Assembly: GCA_001600815.1 (NCBI GenBank)
Contig: BCKZ01000037.1
Location: 62,001 to 103,304, forward strand
Source of the DNA: Alloascoidea hylecoeti
Taxonomy: Eukaryota
Length of the DNA: 41,304 nt
Direction of reading: 5' to 3'
Below, piece after piece: positions 23,551-35,786 of the stretch. The notes beneath the pieces were generated by a model, which made no database searches, had not been told where the DNA came from, and saw only the letters and a program-made list of their open reading frames with translations. How positions within the stretch are numbered: position 1 is the stretch's first letter; the number at the start of each line of letters is the position of its first letter. The position numbers and the translations under genes are program-made.

Positions 23551-25581
23551 ATGGATTCATGTATGGTTCACAAGTTACTAATACTGTGCAATGCATATTT
23601 TTTAGCACGATCCAAAATAGGAACTTCCAACATAAAAAGTGTCATAATCTCTAAAAAAAGACCTTTTTTTCATTTTTAAGTTCGCGTTTTGTTATCACGT
23701 TCGATTTTAGTATAGTTTAATCGAAGGGTTTCTTTTATCAACTTGTCAATTATAGCTGGGATACCATCCGATTTAAAAGAGATACACCCTCAAGACTATT
23801 CAACTAGTTTTGCCGAACCTACACACGCAATCAATATAATGGTTAAAAGAAACAAAATATCATCTATCAACAGTAGTATCCATGGTATGCTCATCACTTG
23901 CTCTGATAAGCGTAGAAGGTTAAGCATGAAATTCCATGAAATAAATCCGATTTCCTCTTCAAAACTGTCTGTACCCGGTAACTTCAAAAGTAAAGGTAAC
24001 AATTATGACTCGAATTCCAGTATTCTAGCAATTTATGATAATTTTTCATCATATTCATTTATGGATATGAATAGTGCAGTTGTTGATTCTGAAAACGATT
24101 GTCACTCGAATGCTAGTATCCTAAGTATTTATGATAATATTTCATCATATTCATTTATCGATAATTCAGTTATTACTTCACAAACTGATGATTATCATGA
24201 TAATACTTCACCTGTAGCTATTGGAATTAATGGGAAAAAAGCTGTGCATGCAGAAACTGAAGACAATTCAGGGAACTCTAATATAAAACCCCATGGTCGT
24301 TTTTCAATTTTTAAAAGATCTATTAATGGGATAGTTAGTAAAAAATCATCTTCCACTTCCAAAATATGTACTCATAATCATACTAATGTTAATGGTTCAA
24401 ATATGAATGGGTCCCAATTTAAAAATGAAATTAAAACACCGCAGATATTTTCAGTGACACTTAAAAAATCAGTCCAATGCTCTTCACAATCTATTAATTC
24501 ACCGATGATTACATGTACATATGATAAAACAAGTCATGTTTATAATAATATTCCTACAATAATAGTTAAATGTATTGAGTTTTTAATCCCTGATGCTTTA
24601 GAAATTGCAGGTATTTTTAGAGTAAATGGATCAACTTCAAGAATAAATAATCTACAAAATTTATTTGAACTGGGTCCATCCTTTGGACAGGATATGAAAT
24701 GGTCGGAACATAAGTGCTTCACTATTCATGATGTTTCGAATATCTTAAAAAGATATTTGAATAGTTTGGAGGAATCCATTATTCCTTTGGAGCTCTATAA
24801 TGAAACTATTGAATTAATGATGAAATATCCATACATCATTGAGGAAATGAAAAAGGATAATATTAAATTTGAATCGATAGCAGGTGCTGATACTGGCCCA
24901 TTGGGCAATGACGAAGACGTTTCTGACAAATCTAGTTTTAATATTGAATCAGAGGAACTCTCTAGTCACTTAGCAAAATTAATATCTGTTGAATAGAATT
25001 AGATGATGATTCTTGTTCGCTCATTGTTAATTGATGTCCTCAGATTGTATAAACACGTTGTTCTTAAACTCTTGGAAATTAAATATTAATGTATTTATTA
25101 TATTATATTTTTACGATACTTTCTAAAATTGTGGGAATTCCTCCATATTTATTATGGAATCCCCGAAAACTATTTAGTCTATAAATTTGTTCCACCATGT
25201 TCTTGCATATAATCAACAATATCTAAGTTATCAATTCCTAATCAAAACTTATTAATTTTTTTATTAGAAGTTCTATTCTTATTCCATGAAAAGAATAAAA
25301 TTAACCTAATGAACTCATACAACCTGTCAGTTATTTTTCACCCAAGTATATTCACACATCCGTCTAACGCTAATCAAAACTGTGAGGAGAGTGCTTTATC
25401 AAGACTACTTCTTCAATTTTTGATTAACAATTCCAAAAGCATAATCAAAGAATCATTGATTATCATTTATAACTATGATCAATACTTATTAAATTTCAAA
25501 AGTGATAATTGTAGCATAGATACTACGCTTATTGATAATAGTTTGAAGTCTTTAGAATCAGCTACTACTTTACCAGTATAG
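23551..25581 (+). pseudogene. Sac7/Bag7-like RhoGAP, disrupted by in-frame stops
   Basis: The RhoGAP N-half (IPTIIVKC...GIFRVNGS.SRI..LQ.LF...HDVSNILKRYLNSLEESIIP) lies in ORF 23743-24996. The C-half (NQNLLIFLLEVL...NLMNSYNLSVIFHPSIFTHP) is in the same frame but is separated by stops at 24994, 25000, 25087, 25123 and 25210. I found no convincing frame-preserving intron. Confidence 0.7.
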
Positions 25582-26044
25582 ACAAAAATTCATTTCGAAG
25601 AAGTTCAAGGTAAGAGTTCTATTCACCACATCAGGTCTATTCGATTCAAATTCCTTGGGAAAATATTACCTAGCTAGTTCTTTATCTAGGAAGGTAATAA
25701 TTCGAAAACGAAGAAATGGAAGAGAAAGAAGAAGAATATATTAAATCTCACAACAAAGAAGAGTAGCTCTACCAATTTGGAAGGCTGGAACCAGAACAAA
25801 AGGTAACTGTTAAGTCCTGATAATAAATTTAGAACCTGAGCTACAGCTTCATTTACGACACAGTTTCGGATTAGCTTGGTATTTTTGATCTATCTAAATA
25901 TTTAGTTATAAAACGTTTTGGTATAGGGCTATTATTCCATTGAATATTAAGATTAGACACTTGTTTGCTTAAAGAAAGTTCAATAGAAATTATTATTTTA
26001 ACTATAGTATTAATAGAATTCATCAGCAAATAAATTCAATAGCT

Positions 26045-26405
26045 TTTCGTTGTTCGTCTCTTTAAGCCCAACAAGTTCTTGTATCGTTTCAGCTAATTAC
26101 TGAATATAGTCTTCCAAACTCATCTTGTAGTAATATTAAATGTTGGGAAATTAAAATAATTCTCAGTTAATTTATTATGAGTAGGAAATATCTAGTCTTT
26201 ATATAGTCTAATATTTTACTGTTCTAATAATATTATGAAAACCTCATTACAATAATAAATAGGTAAATAATAAGATCAAATAAATATGTTGTATAAACAA
26301 AACATTTATAAAGCATTGATAAAACATTTATGGAGTTCTATTAATAACCCCGGTTATTGTAACCTTAAAATTCAAACTGGAATTTTTCAAATAAATACCC
26401 AATAA
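26045..26405. repeat. Diverged ~320-360 bp dispersed repeat (copy 1 of 2), possibly a Ty1/copia RT relic
   Basis: Collinear with 33169-33480. The minus strand reads RLDISYS-NKLT across one frameshift, resembling copia RT RPDI.Y.VN.L. Confidence 0.6.
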
Positions 26406-27488
26406 TAGTAATCATGTACACTATTTTAACCACCACAAGACACGGTATATCCAAAAATATATGAATGATTGATTCACACGAACGAAAGAATATAAGAGAT
26501 GTTCATTTCAGCCATCACTCCAAATAAAAGTTTGAATATTAAAATAAGTCACTTAATGCTCCACAGGATATTGAAACAGATACTGAATGGATTAATTTGT
26601 GAAGAAGTCATAACTAATTAAGTCTGTTTTTTAATAGATATAATATACCAATGATGTGAAATATATCCAATACTTCGATGACTACGAATAAAATTAATAC
26701 TGGGTCTATAAGTAATTATAAACTTAACTATAAGTATCTGAGGATCACAATTGGTGGGGAATCTAGCTGTCAAAAGAACAAGTAGATGGAGCTCTATACA
26801 GAGCTCGAAGATTTATTGATACACATATTATAAACTTGTAGTAAATAATCTCAATATTCCTTCCTTTCAAATATACTTGGCCTTAATGTGAGATATGATA
26901 TACATAGTACTGCTATAGCTATTAGCTATAAGTAGACAACGTTTGCGATTTCAATGAAATGCATTTTAAATGAAAAACCCATATGCATATTTACTGGCTG
27001 TATGTGTTTTAATACTATGGCTATCATTCGTTTCTTTAAAAAAGAAAAAAGAAAAGTGAGCACACGGCTAATAAACTTTATGTACACATGTACGTATATA
27101 CATGAGATTCCCTCATCCTTTTGTTAACTGGCAGTTGGAAGAAACAAATTTAAGGCAGTCATAAAAGGCCTAATGTAACAGAGTCTAGTAAAACAGTACC
27201 AAATCGAGTAGTATTAATGCTGATGATTACTCAAATAGACCACTGCATTTTACAAATAAGAGAATTTAAGCTTAAGAATATTTTTAATATGATCGGGTTA
27301 TAATTAAAGTTAGACTATTCAATATAAGCTTCATCCCGTTGTAGTAACTGTTACTGCAATATATTGCGATTCTAAATGCAAAACCTTCAATTTAACAACT
27401 ATGACAAAAAAAAGAAAAAAGAAAAAAAAATATGAGTAATATAAAGGTTTGATTCTCTTTTATATATTTTTACCACTTTACTTGATAC

Positions 27489-28985
27489 ATGCTTACCAGT
27501 ATGGATTATCATGGCCGTCCCCCCTACAACAATCACAATCTATCTCCAACTCTCGGTCATAAGAATGCCTATAGTGTTATTGATTCTTACTTTACTACTC
27601 ACCCTGCATACCAACACCATTTGCCCTCTTTCAACACGGTGTTAGATCACTCTATTCTCAACGAGCTACCCCTCCTACCCCGCGCAGATTTCCAGCGCCA
27701 TTTGTACCTTGTGGCATTTAAAGCTGGAAGGGTCGATGTCTACTGCACTACCACCAAAAACGATCTTCATGTTCAAGTGAACGACGTCGTTATCGTAAAT
27801 GTTGATAAAGACAAGTATGACATTGGCAAAGTGATCCGCTGTAACGTTCCCGAAGATTATGTCCGTTACCTGAAATATCAACAACACGATATTCAAGAAA
27901 ATGCCCTCATGGCAGGTGGTGTTACTGTAAACCCAAGGGATTTTGTGCTTTGTAAACCAAAACAAATCATTAGATTCGCTAATTCTGAGGATGTTAATTC
28001 AATTAGTATAAAAAATGAGCAAGAAGAACTTGCTTCAAGGGTTTGTCGTAAAGAATTAATCAGACAATATAATTCTGATAAGCGCGGTATGGATCCGACA
28101 ACTTTAATGGATATTGTCTATTGTGAGTATCAATTTGATAAAAAAAAGTTAACTTTTTATTATAAATGTTCGAAAAAGGTTAGTTTTAAAAACCTAAATG
28201 ATGCTATGTATAAACTTTATAAAACTAGGATTTGGATGTGTATTCTTCCTGGTGGNTTGGATGATCAATTCATAAACCGAATGCAGAACCAAATACAAAN
28301 TCCAGCAAGACAAAAAAGTCAACAAAANCAAACACAAACTCCATTATTGGAAAGAACTCAACAAATCAAGTTACATACTTCATCATGGTATAGACCTCAA
28401 CAAAACCAACTACATACTCCNCTNATGGAAGGGNCACAATCTGGAGTCAATGCTCATAATCTTAATATTAATAATAATTCTGGTTCTTCAAATTTATTCG
28501 CATCGTTTACTGATTCTACGGTTCATCCAAATATTTCGAATTTTAGTTTAAACCCTTCGTTTACTACTTTCCCACCCGAGAATCGCAATAAAGATATATT
28601 TAATAATACCCCCAATGCACTTTCTGATAGAAATATATCTAGATCAACGGATATTAATATAAATACACTCGATAATACGAATGTTTCTTATAAAAATGGG
28701 AATGCATCCACTAATGTAAATAGGAGTCCTTTTTGGGATAATGGTTTTGTTTGGAATAATACAAATGGAGATCGTCCAATTACGAGAACTGATTGGAATA
28801 CAAACGTTAACGGTTCAGAACCATCTTGGTATTCGACATATATTAATGGACTTGATGGATGTCGACGCCAACGATCTGAACTACAAGATCATGCTCAACA
28901 TCGACATCAACATGTTGCAACACATAAAGGTTTCAATAATGAAAATAACGTTGCTGAGACTTCTGAAAATCCCAAAAGGAAGTAA
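27489..28985 (+). CDS. PSP1-domain protein (Psp1/Ylr177w-like), 498 aa
   Basis: Motifs LYLVAFKAGRVDVY, DVVIV...DIGKV, KPKQIIRFA, EYQFDKKKLTFYY and YKTRIWMC match the PSP1 C-terminal domain; Q/N-rich tail. Confidence 0.85.
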   Translation: MLTSMDYHGRPPYNNHNLSPTLGHKNAYSVIDSYFTTHPAYQHHLPSFNTVLDHSILNELPLLPRADFQRHLYLVAFKAGRVDVYCTTTKNDLHVQVNDVVIVNVDKDKYDIGKVIRCNVPEDYVRYLKYQQHDIQENALMAGGVTVNPRDFVLCKPKQIIRFANSEDVNSISIKNEQEELASRVCRKELIRQYNSDKRGMDPTTLMDIVYCEYQFDKKKLTFYYKCSKKVSFKNLNDAMYKLYKTRIWMCILPGXLDDQFINRMQNQIQXPARQKSQQXQTQTPLLERTQQIKLHTSSWYRPQQNQLHTXXMEGXQSGVNAHNLNINNNSGSSNLFASFTDSTVHPNISNFSLNPSFTTFPPENRNKDIFNNTPNALSDRNISRSTDININTLDNTNVSYKNGNASTNVNRSPFWDNGFVWNNTNGDRPITRTDWNTNVNGSEPSWYSTYINGLDGCRRQRSELQDHAQHRHQHVATHKGFNNENNVAETSENPKRK

Positions 28986-29574
28986 TGCAAGGAGTTTTTA
29001 AAAGACCAAAATTAAAAATTTAGTCTTATTTATTTATTCACTACTTTATTCTTATCTTTTTTTAAAATTTCTTTTATCTTTTTTAAAAACAACATTGATA
29101 ATTTCCCTTTATTTGATTTCTTATACTTTTTAATTTTTATTATAAATCACTATGCATACAACAATGAAGTCTTTTTTTTATATTTCCTTGATGTAGATGA
29201 ATGATTATGAACTCTTTTTAATCTTCCTGAAGTTTTTTTTCTTGGATTGGTTTATTTAGCTATTTTAATTAATTTTACTATTATTAACTTCTCGTACCTT
29301 TTATTTAGAACTGTAACTTTATGTAAACGTCGTTTCTGATATAATACCTCCTAAAAAAAGGTGGTGGTTCACTCTGTAGAGTGGTTGCGGATGTTAATAA
29401 CACAACAAAAGGGTTATTGTACGATACAAACAATTTGTGGAAAAGACGTTTGGTCCAAATCAAAAGGTTTTTTAAAATCGAAAATATCTGTTCCTTCTAT
29501 ACATTCATACACATCCATTGAAAACTCATAATGAGGATAATTATGGAGTATGAAAAAATCCTCGAATAAAGTTC

Positions 29575-29619
29575 TAAGTGCCTGTTGTTTCCAGTTACGC
29601 CAAAAAGCTAATCGACTTC
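29575..29619 (+). mobile_element. Degenerate fragment of the 91-bp element
   Basis: aagtgcctgttg-tttccagttacgccaaaaagctaatcgact aligns to the element core. Confidence 0.6.
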
Positions 29620-29747
29620 AAAGTATAACCGATATATCCATATATTTTTATACCGCGAGTTCAAGTAAAAATATAAAATGGGGGTATATTCATATAATCA
29701 ACTAGTGTTCATTAAACTGTTCTTTAAATGCCGAATGATTTTGTATC

Positions 29748-29836
29748 TGTTGGATATATATTACACTCTTAGAACAGTTTGAGAGTCAATTGACTTTTTG
29801 GCGCAACTGGGAGAACAGGCACTTTGAACTTTAACA
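29748..29836 (-). mobile_element. 91-bp-family element (copy B), no matching TSD
   Basis: Reverse complement of copy A with small indels; both termini intact. Confidence 0.8.
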
Positions 29837-31156
29837 TTTACCATATCATGTTTCTCGGTATTTATCTTCCAGCAATATCAAAAAATTTGTTTATGTATTT
29901 CATTATCAGAGAAAAGAGGTGAAAGAATATGTAGGATGATTTTGCCGATAACAGTAACTGTTTCAAATATTATTCTATTGTATATTTATAAGCATTGGCT
30001 TACAGAAGTCTCCAATTAATTGTTCCTTGATATTTCTAGGGATCATAATATCATCATCAACTCCTCTAGTGAATTCAAAGGACTTTCCTCAACTACACTG
30101 TATTCTGACTTCTTTTTATATTGCCATCAATACATGTTCATCTTTGGCTATATTCAACATCAACTTATACCTACAAAAGTCGGACTTCCTTATCAATTAA
30201 TTGGTTTAATTTTTCATTTATTTAATGAATATACAAGAGTGGAAGATATTCCAAAAAAATAAAAAATCGTGATGGAGATTATGAGAGTCTTATAGATGAA
30301 TCAATGAATACTTTGCTTGAAGAATATTGCTAAAAGAATAAAAAATTGTGAGAGAATGGTTCTATTTTTACGATTATTTAAAATATCATCCATCTGATTT
30401 TATTTTTGTTTTATATGTAGTCTGTGAATCTTAAAACAGGAAGTCACAAACGTAAGAAATTAATTCCTAAGAATGTCGATCATGTTCTGTGGAAACCTCT
30501 ATAATATTAACTACGAATAATATATCCTTCGTCTATAGTTATTGAAATTGGCTTGCGATAACATATATCAACCTAATATATTAAATAAATTTCTATAGGG
30601 ATCATTATTTATCATTCAAAATCCTTATGAACAAAAATAATAAATATACAACAAAAACATTAAACAGGTATATAAAAAGCATTTATTTATAAACATCGAT
30701 TATTTAATTGAAAATAAATACCGCCAGTAGAAACACCATATCTGTCAAATTTGAACCACAGATATCATTCATTAATTTCAGATATATTGAGTTAACTTAT
30801 TCATAGCACTTCATAACTAAAAGATGTATTGATGATTAAGATAAAGAAACACGATCCATAAATAAATCTGTCAATCAAATATCTATATAATACAATCATC
30901 GATTTTTGTTAAAGAGTTAAACCTGATCAAGTTGTATATATCATCATCAATTAAATTGAACATAACCAGACTCTGTGACGTAAAAGGGAGTAGATAATTC
31001 TATATTTCAAGAAAAAAAAGTTAGAAATTATAAAAGTCAATATCTAGTTCTAAATATCGTATATGTAGCCTATTGACAATTGATATAAACTTAAGCTTAC
31101 TTTATCCGATACCTGGTTGAAAGATTTGGTAAAAATATATCGAGGGTTATGAAAAA

Positions 31157-31301
31157 GAACTGAATGGATGGTTTAGAAAACACAATATTCATACCCCCTT
31201 TTATTTCATGTGTTAATCTCTACTAAATATGGTTGGGCCTAGAATCAATGGGATATGATTATTATTCAACAGAATTGTAAAAACAGTTAGCTGAAAATAG
31301 G
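31157..31301 (+). repeat. ~145-bp near-identical direct repeat (copy 1; copy 2 at 37734-37877)
   Basis: gaactgaatggatggtttagaaaacacaatattcatacccc...gtaaaaacagttagctgaaa occurs at both sites with only a few differences. Confidence 0.9.
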
Positions 31302-31533
31302 ATATACAACCATACTTATTAAACTAAATAATGGGCCACACGATGTGTGTGTGTGTACCTTTGCGCAACACATCACTGGGTAATAGTAAGCATCGTTTCA
31401 TTCAAATTGCCATTTGATTCATTTTTTGTTGATTCGGTATAATACAAGATTTATCCAATTATCAGTTTTGTATAGAATCCAAATATTAAAATGTAGCTCT
31501 AATGAAAACATTTTAACTATTAAGTTAAATCTA

Positions 31534-31622
31534 TGTTGGATATATTACACTCTTGGAACAGTCCACTAAAGAGTCGATTGGCTTTTTGGCAACTGGGAGA
31601 ACAGGCACTTTGAACTTTAACA
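31534..31622 (-). mobile_element. 91-bp-family element (copy C), no matching TSD
   Basis: Reverse complement of copy A with a 2-bp internal deletion. Confidence 0.8.
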
Positions 31623-31878
31623 AACAAATTTCAATTCTAAGCTTTCAAATCTATGATGTAGATCGATAATTCACATTTAAACCATAAATAAAATTATACA
31701 TATATAATGATAGAAGATATTTAAAGTAGTAAAACGAAAAAATGGATACAATTAATCTTAACAAATCAGTAAAAGTAAATGTTGTATAATATTTTATAAC
31801 GTTAATGTTTCAGCAGATATTTTTTAAGCAAATATATTTTTTATTTCAACTATGAGACTCTGCTAATCATTATTATCT

Positions 31879-32909
31879 TCATAATCTTCTATCAATATAT
31901 GTTGTACATGAACAACTACATGCAACTTTTGAATTTTTTAATTGTTCTTTAAACTCCCTCAACTTTAAAATTTCTTGATTGATGTCAGCTCGTAGCTTTT
32001 TGTTAGTTTCAATCATTAAGATTCCTTTATCTATGAATTTTTTCACTTCAATTGGATTATCACCTACACTTGTAGATTCATTTTTATTCTTCCAATTCCG
32101 GCTATTTGATACAAAATATTGAGTCAATAAATCAATAATAACTACAATTAAAGAGAAAATACCTAAATGAAATGTTAGTATTTTCATATCATCAGAGGTA
32201 ATTTTAATCAGTTTTTCAGGTTTAGAACCTTTTTAATGTCATTACCTATTAAGTATAACAGAACAGGAACATCAATTAGGTTCCCCAACCAGGCGCCAAT
32301 CGATGTATAATAGAGTATTCCACATAAGAAAACTTCTAGAGGTACCACATCTGTAATCATAAATTGAAATGAGATATAGGAAAGTATGGGAAAGCATTGA
32401 TTGAAATAATCGAAAAATACCCTCATATCATGAAACAGTGAACTTGACGAAGGTCCTCCAAATTCACGGGTGAAATTGATGATAGAATTATCTTCCATAT
32501 GGATATCAAGCAACAGCTCTTTTGAGATCTTTGAAACCAAACACGTATAGAAGAAAATTAAAACGCCATTGGAAATAGCTAGCGCCAACGGTAATAACTT
32601 ATTATATATTTTGTCAAATTTGTTTGGTTTAAGGAAAGTGAAAACTTGTAGCCATGTATGAATGGAACCTAACATGTTTGGAAGATAAATACCGAAATAC
32701 ATCATTAAGTAAATTCCTTTTGAAGAACAGAAACCAGATTGATTACAGTATCCTTCCGAATTAATCCAAAGGAAGTTAAAAGGAGCGGTGAGGAAAGTGA
32801 TACCGATAATATTTATAAGTCCAAGAATAAGTACCAAGAGAGCGTTATCTGGAGGATATAAAGAACTTAATTCAACATTCTTCTTATTTTGATAAAGCTC
32901 TTCAGTCAT
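31879..32909 (-). CDS. Unknown multi-pass membrane protein with C-terminal coiled coil, paralogue 1 (intact, 315 aa); exons 32909-32246 and 32162-31879
   Basis: An 83-nt intron (GTAATG...TACTAAC...TTAG) joins ORFs 32208-32909 and 31879-32187 in frame (VLLYLIG|IFSLIVV). There are several hydrophobic segments, and it is homologous to the copies at 35.8-37.0 and 38.2-39.2 kb (PFNFLW, LLPLAL.ISN, FPI, GAW.GNLI). Confidence 0.8.
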
Positions 32910-32974
32910 AATTGTTGTTCAAAATGATAAAGTTGAAAAAGAGAGAAATAATAGAAAGTTTAAAAAGTTTACAT

Positions 32975-32996
32975 TATCTGCTGTGAGTAGGGTAAA
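32975..32996 (-). promoter_or_regulatory. Conserved 22-bp upstream motif TTTACCCTACTCACAGCAGATA (paralogue 1)
   Basis: Identical motif at 39274-39295 and a 20/22 match at 37043-37064, each ~50-65 bp upstream of a paralogue ATG. Confidence 0.65.
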
Positions 32997-33168
32997 ATCT
33001 AAAAAGGGGGATATTACCAAAAATCCATAACAAGAGATACTTAACTTAGAATGATGTTTTCTATAGCAATGGGATATTTAGAATTCACAAAATAAATAAC
33101 AGTAATAAAAGAACGGTTCAGAGAGATTTTTGGTTTTAGTTGTCTTACAATGTTCTTGCTTATAATAA

Positions 33169-33480
33169 TTTTCGTTGTTCATCTCTTTGAACTTAACAAG
33201 TTTTTGCATTGTTTTAGCTAATTGCTGAATATTGTTTTCTAAGCTCATGTTGCAGAGATAAAAATAATTCTCAGTTAATTTATTATAAGTAGGAAATATC
33301 TAGTATTTATATTGTCTAATGTTCTACTGTTCTAATGCTATCATGGAAAACTCATTACCTTATTAAATAGGTAAATAATGAGATCAAAACATTGATAGAA
33401 CATTTATGGAGTTCCATTAATAACCTCGATTATTGTAACCTTAAAAATCAAACTTAAATATATCAAACAAACACCCAATA
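33169..33480. repeat. Diverged dispersed repeat (copy 2 of 26045-26405)
   Basis: Shared blocks include aaaataattctcagttaatttattat.agtaggaaatatctagt and acatttatggagtt..attaataacc. Confidence 0.7.
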
Positions 33481-35007
33481 AATAATCCTCCGATATTGGT
33501 TTTATTTCCTCTATGTTATTAACATCTTGAAATATTCTATTAAATCCAATCCTATTCCAAAGAATAGATCAGTGAATTCAAGTATATGGCGGTTCTGTTT
33601 ATCCGGTAACAATACCTGTTTCAATACGTACTTATAAAACTTTCTTCTCCATTTTCAGGTTGGTCACTATTATTAATGAATTTGACATTGAACTTTCATT
33701 ATATTTTTACTGTTAAAGCTAGAAAATCTAACTGATCCGTTATTCTATTTTACATCCAGATAGTGGTGGATCAATTGGAATTTCAAGTTGTTATTCTGCT
33801 TGAAGTTTTAACACTTCTGATAAATTGGATACAACTAATCCTAAAGGATTTGCTGTAGTATTATGACTGGATATTGATGATTTGATTTCTTTGGTACCAT
33901 CATTTGATTCCGTCAAATATAACCATCAACTTTTTAGTTTCTATATCTAAGGAATTATAGATATTGTTTTTTGTGTTGTATAAAATTCAAATATTTCTTT
34001 AACGTGTATAATATAAACTTTACACTTTTAAATAGTTAACTTAAATATGTGTTTTGGTAATTTTTTCATGAATTGAAGTCCTAAATATAAAGCTTAACGA
34101 TCCTATTATTCGTTTGGTGTTTAAAGATAATATGATAGTGATTGGAATCACAAGAGATTATGATCCATTAATGGTCTATAGAAAAACTTCTGTAACGCTC
34201 TTTATAATAAGGCAGCTATGATCGATATCATTAACCACCGTTGTCTTAAATTCTGCTACAATATATATTAAATTCTATTTTTTAATATTGCTTTCTTTTG
34301 CTCTTTGCAAAGTATGAATTCTTACACATTGGTCGAGCTTCCGGTTGATAAATACTACATTTTGTAGCAGACATTAATTAAATATAATTTTTTTGTTTTT
34401 TATCCTCACTATTCTTTCTAATAAAGCTAATGTGTCAGTTGGGTGAAGTCGAAGTTAAAAAGGTCAAAATTATTTTTAATGATTGTGATGTAGAACAATT
34501 ATTTACTAAATGGAATGATTTGTTACACCATATAACCTTTTGCATTTGTATTTTAGTTTTAAGATTTTAAACACTTTATACAAAGGGATTATTGCGGTGA
34601 TTGATTTTGGAGTGAACATAACCCTTTATCTATCAAGTAGATTAGTTAAAATTTAATAGAATAAATATAAATATTCTTTAGAGGGTAAGATTTGTAACAT
34701 GAATATATGGAATGAACATACCTATGAATTGTGCTATTACATAATATTCTTTAACGCTGGCTAATGTTGATTTCAAACTTTTCTTCCAATTCAAGGTTTA
34801 ATTATTTCACATCATTTTATTTTAATCTTTAATGTGTAATATATCCAGTACACGTTTCCAATCTAAGATATGATTAACTTGATTTGAATATTAATATCCA
34901 ATGAATAATGATAATAACAAACTTAAAAGAAGATTTGGTCAGGTATCGTTGTGCAGTGTTGCCGCCTTTTTGCGTCTTGGTATCATTTTTTGGTATTCAA
35001 ATCTTCG

Positions 35008-35082
35008 CCGGGGGGTATGGGAGTCGAACTCCTGGTATCTCAGTTTCTGAATGTTATTGAACTTCAACTACGCTAGTGACTA
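35008..35082 (-). pseudogene. tRNA-like relic / Pol III A+B box pair
   Basis: Minus strand has an A-box-like TAGCGTAGTTGA (35075-35064) and a B-box GTTCGACTC (35029-35021) at tRNA spacing, but the acceptor and T stems do not pair properly. Confidence 0.3.
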
Positions 35083-35786
35083 CACAATTAAGATTTAAAA
35101 GTATTGTGTATGATACACGACCGCATATTTAAAAACTTCAAGCAGGAGAAGATAGCGAAAAAAGAATAAAAGATATAGAAGAAGAAAACATATCCAAATA
35201 CTCGATTAAATCAATAAGCCAGAAGTGGTATAATAAAAACAAAATTATATTGAAACCAAACAAATGGATACAGTTAATTCCGGAACTAAAAGATGAAAAT
35301 AGTTTCTAGTTATATAATTTTATTGGAAAATATATGAAAAGTTAAAACAATCTTAACGAATTTTGGCCAATTCCACAACAAACAATAGAGAAAATAGAAA
35401 ATAAAGCAAAAAAAGCGGTATATCCCTGGACAACTACCATTGCTCTTGAAAAATAGAAAACTCTCATTTCAGCTTCTAACCTCATACAGCGATTTTGATG
35501 GTTTCATGATGAGAAATTTACTTATGATGGATAGCATAATTATCAACTAATTAAACAAAAGATTTATTACAAGATATTGATTTTAGTATTTGCGCATTTA
35601 TATATAGAATTGGAAGATAACTTAAATAATATATTTCAGAAATGGATAAAATTAATCATCGGAAATAAGTAACAGTAACCTTTCTTTCACAGTAACCTTG
35701 ATTCAACTATAAGGGTCTTATAATCATCATCACAATTTTTTATGGATATTTGTTTCCCATGATCAACAATATGCAACCGATAAATT

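Noticed and set aside
29748..31622. Copies B and C as the two LTRs of one complete TRIM/retroelement
   Set aside because: Outer flanks (GTATC / AACAA) are not a TSD and I see no properly oriented PBS or polypurine tract.
32187..32215. Programmed -1 frameshift joining the upstream and downstream ORFs in all three membrane paralogues
   Set aside because: No conserved slippery heptamer; an 83-nt GT..TACTAAC..AG intron explains the frame change exactly.
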